DNA from: a virus
Lineage: Duplodnaviria > Caudoviricetes
Virus record (IMG/VR): IMGVR_UViG_3300032030_002018
Reading direction: 5' to 3' (one strand)
Length of the DNA stretch: 64,000 nucleotides
Every line of letters starts with the position of its first letter. The stretch's first letter is position 1. Positions 57,297 through 64,000 of the stretch are shown piece after piece. The position numbers were made by a program, and so were the translations under genes. The notes beneath the pieces were generated by a model, which saw only the letters and a program-made list of their open reading frames with translations, ran no database searches and was not told the origin of the DNA.

Positions 57297-57833
57297 TTAC
57301 CTTCCATCTTCAAATCTATATGTATTATCCCAATCTTCTCTTGATATTCCGTATATATCGTTTGGATTGTTTGGGTCTTGAAGAATAAAGCCGCCTGCCA
57401 TAACATTCTCTGTGCTTCCCCAAGGGGTGTTAAATGAGATATTATGTCGTATTGGTCCGTAGGCAATCATTGTTCCTTTTGGTTTGAATACTCCATTTTC
57501 TTCGGCTCTTTCGTATTTTCTATTAAATGTAGTAGTATCAACAGACCACTTATTATCTTTATTGTGAATGTTATTGAGTACGGTTTTATAAGCGTTTACA
57601 ACATTTGTCGTTTCTTCTGTTCCATCAGAAGCGATTGTTGTTAGTGGTATACCATCTGTCAATAATTTCTCAATGGTTTCAGCGTCTGTAATTCCATTCT
57701 GTCTTACATAGTTAAGGATATAGTCCTTTCCGTCTTGTGCGTTTACTCTTTGGAACTTGGAAGCCATTCTTGGCTCAAATCCTTCTTGCCTGACGTAATC
57801 TATAAGATTGTCAATGAAAATAAAATTGTCCAT
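57297..57833 (-). CDS. Hypothetical protein
   Basis: 178-aa ORF with two F..KY/W..TY-ended half-domains. Confidence 0.8.
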   Translation of the reverse strand: MDNFIFIDNLIDYVRQEGFEPRMASKFQRVNAQDGKDYILNYVRQNGITDAETIEKLLTDGIPLTTIASDGTEETTNVVNAYKTVLNNIHNKDNKWSVDTTTFNRKYERAEENGVFKPKGTMIAYGPIRHNISFNTPWGSTENVMAGGFILQDPNNPNDIYGISREDWDNTYRFEDGR

Positions 57834-57986
57834 ATTGTTATTTTTTGAAAAAATTAAAATCAGCAGATAATTTCCTCTCTTGTATTGATACGTTTTTAAT
57901 ATCCAACCAATCAGAGAATGTAAGTGTTCTAGTTCCTTTTAATTTGGTTGTTTCTTCTTCAAACATTTGTTGTGCTTCTTCCTGTG

Positions 57987-58286
57987 TCATACTTGAATTA
58001 TTGTTAATGTTGATTTGGTAAGTCTATGATTTTCAGCGTCCCATTCGTATCCTTTGTTTTTTATTTCGTTCCAAATAATATTATTTTGTTCTATTGTTGC
58101 CTCAGATATATTGGTGTTATCTGTTTTTTCAGCTGTTGCTCCGTCAGGGAATACATTTAGAACTTCTTCCTTTGGAATGAATGATGCGTACAGATGGAAG
58201 TTATTTCCGTACATTTCATCAATAAGGATAATTTCGTTATCAATGATTGCTGTAATTGGTTTATCAGTATGTATTATGTGTTCCAT
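57987..58286 (-). CDS. Protein with an EAT..GYEWDA module
   Basis: Shares the C-terminal module of the DAKDGD family. Confidence 0.75.
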   Translation of the reverse strand: MEHIIHTDKPITAIIDNEIILIDEMYGNNFHLYASFIPKEEVLNVFPDGATAEKTDNTNISEATIEQNNIIWNEIKNKGYEWDAENHRLTKSTLTIIQV

Positions 58287-58506
58287 ATACCAACAAATTG
58301 ATTACAAATGTTATCATTGTAAGTAATGCTGCTAATGTGAATGATGGCGCAATAGTTCGTCGTATAATAAATTGTATTTTATCCCTGGCATCCTTTTCCC
58401 AGGATTTTTGAGACATATATTCCTGTATTGTTAAATAAGCTGTAATCAGGATTGTTGCAACAAACCAAAATATTGTCCAAGTTAATGCTGAATTATTTGT
58501 TATCAT
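58264..58506 (-). CDS. Small membrane protein
   Basis: Two hydrophobic helices. Confidence 0.7.
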   Translation of the reverse strand: MITNNSALTWTIFWFVATILITAYLTIQEYMSQKSWEKDARDKIQFIIRRTIAPSFTLAALLTMITFVINLLVYGTHNTY

Positions 58507-59102
58507 ACTATATCTGTTATTAATCCGTTCAATTTAGCGTCAAAAGAATCAAAGAACCAATCTTGTTTTTTCTCGTAGACATCATTTAATTTATCGTCAG
58601 GGATAGTTGTATTATCCTTATAGATACTCCATATGATATTATGCAAGCGTTTTGTTTCTTCAACATTCTCTTCAAGTTCTTTTATTTTACCAAAATTTAA
58701 TGATGATAATGTATGAATCATAAATGTTGTATTTAGTGCTGCAAACCTATGTTCTTTGTCAACGGCCAGCATAATTATTGTGGCGGCTGACATAACTTTA
58801 CCATAACAATATAGATTGACAACATATGAGTGTTGAATTCTTCTTATCATATCATATATTGACAGCATATCGTATACATTTCCTCCAAAACTGGAAAGAT
58901 ATATATTGATATCAGGATGTTTTGGTACATATTCGATTTGAAGGTTATTCATTGCTTGTTGATTATTGATATCAATTTCATTATCTGATTTCAATATACT
59001 ATCAAAAGCTTCAGCCAATTTTGTGAACATACCTTCATTAACCTCACCGGTTAATTGAATATTATGTATTTTTTTATCGTATGACCTAATAGCGATATCC
59101 AT
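58503..59102 (-). CDS. ClpP-family (S14) protease
   Basis: IYLSSFGGNV, GKVMSAATII (Ser), FMIHT (His), QDWFF (Asp), GLITDIV. Confidence 0.9.
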   Translation of the reverse strand: MDIAIRSYDKKIHNIQLTGEVNEGMFTKLAEAFDSILKSDNEIDINNQQAMNNLQIEYVPKHPDINIYLSSFGGNVYDMLSIYDMIRRIQHSYVVNLYCYGKVMSAATIIMLAVDKEHRFAALNTTFMIHTLSSLNFGKIKELEENVEETKRLHNIIWSIYKDNTTIPDDKLNDVYEKKQDWFFDSFDAKLNGLITDIV

Positions 59103-59109
59103 AATTTAT

Positions 59110-59697
59110 TTATTCGTTATAATTATTGTTGACACAGGGTATAATAATATCCATATCAGACCCCGAATATTTTGGCGCAATGAACCTAACGTAGCCATAT
59201 TCATTCATAATATAATCGAATATTTTATTTATAATTTCTTGCCGTTTTTCTTTCTGTGATTTTGTAAAATTGTAGTCTCTCACAACCAAACCATCACCTT
59301 TACCAACTACTGAAAAACCAAATAAACCATCTCTCATATATGGAGAAGTTAAAGTTAATACAAGATTATTATTCTCGTCGTAAAATCCACATTTTCCGTT
59401 GACATACTTATCGTCACTAATTCTATCAATCTTATAATCAAATATGCCTTTTTTTGAAGATATAATCATTTCTGTTTCATTAGGTAAAATAACGAATCCA
59501 AAACTATATTCCAAATTTTCTGTTACATACATTAACAATGTACGTTTTTCTAACCCTCTCAGTTCGTCTGCTTCTTCAATAGAATACACCCAAGTTGAAT
59601 GTGTTGCTTCACTCATAGGTGTAAATTTTGATAAATCCTGTCCTAAACAGTTGACAGAAAAAATCCCAAACAAAAATGCGATTAATAAATGTTTCAT
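59110..59697 (-). CDS. Exported protein (signal peptide)
   Basis: MKHLLIAFLFGIFSVNCLG-Q, typical of Bacteroidota signal peptides. Confidence 0.8.
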   Translation of the reverse strand: MKHLLIAFLFGIFSVNCLGQDLSKFTPMSEATHSTWVYSIEEADELRGLEKRTLLMYVTENLEYSFGFVILPNETEMIISSKKGIFDYKIDRISDDKYVNGKCGFYDENNNLVLTLTSPYMRDGLFGFSVVGKGDGLVVRDYNFTKSQKEKRQEIINKIFDYIMNEYGYVRFIAPKYSGSDMDIIIPCVNNNYNE

Positions 59698-59704
59698 AAA
59701 TTAT

Positions 59705-59941
59705 TTATTTTTTTTGATATTGAAATACTAACTCCATTCCTTCTCTTGCGTGCGAATCAAATTTGAATCCTTTTTCTCCTTCGTCACTTGTCTTATTACA
59801 GAACCAATCAATCAGCATAAGTATTTCGCTGTCAGTTAGTTCCCTCCTATCCCCAGTCATCATATCAGGGTGTCTCTTGCTTTGTTTGCCAATGAAAACC
59901 TTGTCCATTGCGCAACAGATTTCGTAATCCTTTGCTGCCAT
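59705..59941 (-). CDS. Small hypothetical protein
   Basis: Operonic ORF. Confidence 0.75.
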   Translation of the reverse strand: MAAKDYEICCAMDKVFIGKQSKRHPDMMTGDRRELTDSEILMLIDWFCNKTSDEGEKGFKFDSHAREGMELVFQYQKK

Positions 59942-59947
59942 TTGTTT

Positions 59948-60136
59948 TTAATATGTATTTGATTGCATTAATATTTCAAAAGCCCTTTTAAATCCGTCAA
60001 GGTAGGTATCTTCCTCATACATTGTAATTCTTCTTCCGCTTTTGTCAAGTTTTTGCCTGATATAATCTGTCAATTCTTTTTCTGCAAGATTATAAATTCC
60101 TGTTTCAGTTACTGGTAATGTTTTATCGTTTTCCAT
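59948..60136 (-). CDS. Small hypothetical protein
   Basis: Operonic ORF. Confidence 0.7.
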   Translation of the reverse strand: MENDKTLPVTETGIYNLAEKELTDYIRQKLDKSGRRITMYEEDTYLDGFKRAFEILMQSNTY

Positions 60137-60145
60137 ATGATTAAT

Positions 60146-60337
60146 TTAATTTGTATTTTTTTCAAGAAACATACATATAATTCCTATTGCTATAATTGGA
60201 GCAAATAGTATTGCTAACACATAAAATCTAAATTTATTCTTTATATACACAACACCTTTTTTGAACTCATCATTATAATGAATTGCCGTGAATATAATCA
60301 CTAAACTTATAGCATAAATAATTAAAATGTATAACAT
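60146..60337 (-). CDS. Small membrane protein
   Basis: Two hydrophobic helices. Confidence 0.7.
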   Translation of the reverse strand: MLYILIIYAISLVIIFTAIHYNDEFKKGVVYIKNKFRFYVLAILFAPIIAIGIICMFLEKNTN

Positions 60338-60340
60338 AAA

Positions 60341-60898
60341 TTAGAACAGATATTTAGTTACCTTTGATTGATATATGTCTTCTAAATTTCTTTTCATTTT
60401 TCTTACTGATTTGAAACCTTCTTCCCTTATAGCGTCAAATATATAAGATATGAGAAGTTTTGTTTCATCGTTAATTGCCTTTTCTTCCTTACAGTTGTTC
60501 CACCAATCAATTTCTTGTTCAACAGTGAAGTTCTTTCCATTATAGGTCTTTCCTGCTGCAAGCCAATCTGCAATTAGTTCAAGTACGTATTTATAAGGCA
60601 TTTGTATGTATGTGATACCTGTATCATAATTGTCAGTCCAATACTCGTAATGATGCGGATTTCTACCCTTATGATGCTGCCAAGCTAACGAATATCCTTG
60701 CTCAGATTTTGCTACTGGTATTGGTGATGATTTACCTTGCTGATAGAACCTCAAACTCTCCTTAAATTCAACCAATGAGAATTTGCTCAAATCGTGGGTT
60801 AAACCTTGCCAAGGTATTCCAAGTTTGCAACAATAAAGGAATACCCAATATTTGTGTATTAATATCGTTTTAATGTGACCAAAAAAGTTTTTCAGCAT
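60341..60898 (-). CDS. DUF5662-like HD-superfamily protein
   Basis: H...HK, HDLSKFS..EF, WQHHKGRNPHH, MP..YVLELIADW. Confidence 0.8.
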   Translation of the reverse strand: MLKNFFGHIKTILIHKYWVFLYCCKLGIPWQGLTHDLSKFSLVEFKESLRFYQQGKSSPIPVAKSEQGYSLAWQHHKGRNPHHYEYWTDNYDTGITYIQMPYKYVLELIADWLAAGKTYNGKNFTVEQEIDWWNNCKEEKAINDETKLLISYIFDAIREEGFKSVRKMKRNLEDIYQSKVTKYLF

Positions 60899-61584
60899 AT
60901 TTTCATTCGTATTTTGTTTATATAAGATGTTTTTTCATCTAGTTTTGTAAGTAACAAATCCTTCTCTTCACAAGTTGAAGGGTGAAAGCCTTCTGATTCC
61001 CACCAATCAGGCATTGTTTCCGAGCTTATGTGTAATTCTCCGTTCTCAATGTGACAATAACTATGGAATGTTGTGTCATTGTAGAAATCCTTGAACATCA
61101 CAATGCAATCCCTACAAGTTAATACGTCTCCATCTTCTGTATCTTTAATATCCCAAAGACGATAATTATGTTCAACTTCAAAGTAGATGACTGACTGCGT
61201 TTCTATACCTGATGTCACTATATATTTTCCAATATTTGGCGGTCCCAACACAACATTTATCACCTGATACACGTTATAACCATCTGTAATCCAATTACCA
61301 ATTTTAAATTGTGGTGTGAATTGTTTTTCAAGCCAATCACGATTACATTTATTGTATCCGTCATAATATGCCTTTTTATATTCAGCAGAACAATCTGACA
61401 AATTAGCGTCGCATACTTGACCTTGATATACATCCTTTCCTGTTCTCAAACCAGCATAAAACACATCTGCAACACTGTATTTTTCTTCATCTGTTGAATC
61501 GGCAAAATAATGCATTACTGCCTCATTTAGTTTTTCATCAATATATTTACCGTAACCGTTTGGCGAATTTGTTTCGTTTTCCAT
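60892..61584 (-). CDS. Modular FKIG.W/EDGDVL family protein
   Basis: Module shared with 33258-35093. Confidence 0.85.
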   Translation of the reverse strand: MENETNSPNGYGKYIDEKLNEAVMHYFADSTDEEKYSVADVFYAGLRTGKDVYQGQVCDANLSDCSAEYKKAYYDGYNKCNRDWLEKQFTPQFKIGNWITDGYNVYQVINVVLGPPNIGKYIVTSGIETQSVIYFEVEHNYRLWDIKDTEDGDVLTCRDCIVMFKDFYNDTTFHSYCHIENGELHISSETMPDWWESEGFHPSTCEEKDLLLTKLDEKTSYINKIRMKIC

Positions 61585-61697
61585 AATATTATATTTTAGT
61601 TAATCATCCATTAAACTGTTAACTAGATACATAATAATAGCCAATATAATTATAAAGGCAATTGCTGAGAATGTTTGAATAACTGATTCCATTATTT

Positions 61698-62018
61698 TTA
61701 TTTTTTTATCTTATTCACCAATATAAGTTCATCTCCGACATTGTATTTTCCAATTTCATCATAGAATGTGACGCGTTCGCAATCCACTGAATTTTGTGTA
61801 TCGTACCAAGATACAGCAGTATATTTTGCCATTCGTGTCATTTCACCTTTACTTTTGGTATACCCAAAAGTAACCTTTTCAATTGTTAGCGTTGGTTCTG
61901 ATACCTTTCCATTCCTGGTGTAGCCTTTATTTATCTTAACTCCTTCATTAGTGAGTTCTAAACAAATAACAATAACAATGGTTATTATCATACAGATTAT
62001 TGAAATAAATACACTCAT
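61698..62018 (-). CDS. Membrane-anchored protein
   Basis: N-terminal TM helix. Confidence 0.75.
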   Translation of the reverse strand: MSVFISIICMIITIVIVICLELTNEGVKINKGYTRNGKVSEPTLTIEKVTFGYTKSKGEMTRMAKYTAVSWYDTQNSVDCERVTFYDEIGKYNVGDELILVNKIKK

Positions 62019-62431
62019 ATTTTCTTATTTTCTTTTAACCAACAAATCATTCCAAATACAGCATCAAACAAGTTTTCTTCTGAATACTCTGAATGAATGC
62101 AACCATCCCAACAATTTCTATATGTGCAAATATAAAAATCAGAATGACTTTCTGTATCAACATAATTTTCATCATTTTTCTCACCATTTGGCACCAACTC
62201 CAACAATGCAGAAAGACTCCAAGCAGGAATAAAATGGACAAACTTATTTTCTCTATCTTTCAATTCTTCAAATGTATTACATCCCCAAGTAGAAAGAATA
62301 TGAAAATTATATGAATGTGTTTCTTTCTCTTTATCAAAAACATCTGCACAAAAAATATCAGCAGTTTTGGGGTCAATTCCAAGTTCAATAAGTTTATTGG
62401 ATTGTTCTAATGAGGTACAAATTTTACTCAT
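62015..62431 (-). CDS. QS.KL..WSL.ALL family paralog
   Basis: Conserved motifs; own promoter at ~62464. Confidence 0.85.
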   Translation of the reverse strand: MSKICTSLEQSNKLIELGIDPKTADIFCADVFDKEKETHSYNFHILSTWGCNTFEELKDRENKFVHFIPAWSLSALLELVPNGEKNDENYVDTESHSDFYICTYRNCWDGCIHSEYSEENLFDAVFGMICWLKENKKI

Positions 62432-62514
62432 ATTTTTTTAATTTATTTGGTTTAATAACAATCCAAATGTAAGCAATTTATTTTGTTATTCCAAATTATT
62501 ATGGTTAAAATATG

Positions 62515-62718
62515 TTAATCAGATGATTTATCATAAATCAAAGCGATATTATCATCAGTATATCCTCCAAGTGTTAGTTTCTCAATACAGTCAATGTCAT
62601 TGTATGGAAATTCATAACTAGTCTTATATATAGAAATTGCCTCTTCAATAGTATCGGCAACAACTATTGATTTATTAACCTTCCATACGTGTGTATATTT
62701 TATGTCTTCCTTTTTCAT
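62515..62718 (-). CDS. Small hypothetical protein
   Basis: Operonic ORF. Confidence 0.7.
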   Translation of the reverse strand: MKKEDIKYTHVWKVNKSIVVADTIEEAISIYKTSYEFPYNDIDCIEKLTLGGYTDDNIALIYDKSSD

Positions 62719-62957
62719 AATCTTTCAATTTCGTCATTATATTTTTTGATTTGTCTAAGAACAAATTCATACACAGTGTTATATAGTTCTTGATAGCCGT
62801 CTACAAATTTTCCAATACTGCAAACTATATCTGAAGGTGTGTGACGAAAGGATGCAACTGATATGTTGTTGTTGCTTCTTAAAGAATCCCTGAATTTCTC
62901 CCAGTATTTTCTTTTTTCTTCAATTTCGTGCAGTTTTTCAATTGTTTCCTTTTTCAT
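62715..62957 (-). CDS. Small hypothetical protein
   Basis: Operonic ORF. Confidence 0.7.
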   Translation of the reverse strand: MKKETIEKLHEIEEKRKYWEKFRDSLRSNNNISVASFRHTPSDIVCSIGKFVDGYQELYNTVYEFVLRQIKKYNDEIERL

Positions 62958-63371
62958 TTGTATATTCCTCGTTTTAATAAGTTTTCTCTTTCCCTTTCAA
63001 AATATTCCATTTGTAACGGTGTAACATTTTCAATCCATTCACTAATATATTTATAATATTTTGGATGCCAATTCATCCTGCATCTCCATTCCAAATATGT
63101 TTTCATTATAGTGGATTACTTTGAATTAAATAATATATATCCTCAACAGTAACCCCCAATGGTGCGTCACTGCCTCTCAATCCATACTTGATGATTACCA
63201 ATAAATCATCTGTTGTTAACTTATCAAGATATTCTTGTATCTTGTCTTTATCAATATTATTTTTAGACATATACATATATTTTTTTGGTTTTCATCGCAA
63301 ATGTACATAATTTTTTTTGAATAAGCAAATTTTTTGCCAAGAACTTGATATTTATATAAAAAAAAATCACA

Positions 63372-64000
63372 ATGAGAATACAAGAAAATAAGATTAGAAG
63401 GATAGTGTCAGAATCCGTCAGAAAAGTACTCAGGGAATGGGGAAATGAAGGATACGACGAACAATGGGAAGAAGAAATAGAAATGTTCCTTGACGGGTTG
63501 AAAAATGGAAGCGCAATATGTGGCGAAAATGCTGTTTATGTTAATTATGAGGATGATGAAGACAGATACATATATCTTAGACGAGGTGATAGAAGATTAT
63601 GCGACGACAACTATTATATTCAGCACAGTAGAACATTGGACAATGAGGAAATGAAAACCATATTAAATGCATTGAGTAGGTATTATGGAGAAGATTGGTC
63701 TGATGAATATTATGATATTTATGAAGATGAATATTATGAGGAAGGAAGAAGAATATCGCGTCAGCCTTTAAGCGAGGCATATGGATATCCTGAAGGAATA
63801 GATGGTTTGGTACTATGTTCAGAAAACGACAGAGAGTGTTATGACATATATTATGGCATTATCAAAATGTTGAAGAAACATTTCCAAAGAGGCGAAGAAT
63901 TGACAGTTGATAGATTGGCGAATTCTTCAATGATGAAGAAATATCAACAGTTTGTATTTAGAAAATTCAGAGGAGAACAGGAAGGTATGAATAAAACAAC
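63372..64000 (+). CDS. Acidic protein (partial) with N-terminal MRIQENKIRRIVSESVRKVLRE motif
   Basis: Manual translation open to the window end; GATATTTATA upstream. Confidence 0.8.
   Translation, partial: MRIQENKIRRIVSESVRKVLREWGNEGYDEQWEEEIEMFLDGLKNGSAICGENAVYVNYEDDEDRYIYLRRGDRRLCDDNYYIQHSRTLDNEEMKTILNALSRYYGEDWSDEYYDIYEDEYYEEGRRISRQPLSEAYGYPEGIDGLVLCSENDRECYDIYYGIIKMLKKHFQRGEELTVDRLANSSMMKKYQQFVFRKFRGEQEGMNKT

Noticed and set aside
57149-57466. 105-aa ORF overlapping 57297-57833, and the many other antisense or nested ORFs in the track
   Set aside because: Alternative-frame or antisense shadows of better-supported genes; at most the 3' part (~57149-57307) may be a small real gene
1-64000. 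TAG-to-Gln recoding (code 15, as in Lak phages). TAG aligns with Glu of paralogs at 33258 (LGG-TAG-K vs IGGEK) and ~39215 (SI-TAG-QS vs SLEQS)
   Set aside because: Long ORFs are intact under code 11, and TAG sits exactly where paralogs have TAA/TGA (ENLI at 45397, YKTE at 40594). The two cases are explained by single G>T-type nonsense changes, one in a gene fragment

Overview
AT-rich (roughly 30% GC by eye) accessory/early region of a very large bacteriophage. The host is probably Bacteroidota (Prevotella/Bacteroides-like). The evidence is about 50 copies of a TTTG-N~20-TAnnTTTG Bacteroidota-type housekeeping promoter, A-rich Shine-Dalgarno-less start contexts and dense small hypothetical genes. 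No structural or replication core genes are visible, and the standard genetic code fits. 1-4.7 kb: adenine DNA methyltransferase, BspA-type LRR gene and a 2.66-kb IS1595-family element (25-bp TIRs) carrying two passenger genes, followed by a repeat/G-tract junction. 5-27 kb: one-promoter-per-gene cassettes, including an Rnl2-like RNA ligase, a stand-alone MutS domain I and a PD-(D/E)xK-like protein. This block also holds a rich non-coding layer: tRNA-Leu(TAA), a CAT tRNA split by an Azoarcus-type group I intron, two tRNA-Tyr-like RNAs with an extra covarying hairpin in the D-loop, two ORF-less structured RNAs, ORF-less 'TGTGWCAG' promoters, and three minigenes ending in MAR-x-x-P-x (MARDGPK, MARDRPI, MARASPK). 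27-30.5 kb: convergent array of GDYIL/TPQG paralogs. About 32.1-32.5 kb: skew switch with 14-bp repeats and IHF-consensus sites (origin candidate). 32.5-63 kb: minus-strand paralog-shuffling region plus ClpP-like and DUF5662/HD-like genes. The most novel candidates are the D-loop-extended tRNA-like pair, the MAR-x-x-P minigenes and the ORF-less promoter/ncRNA layer. All counts and folds were done by eye.
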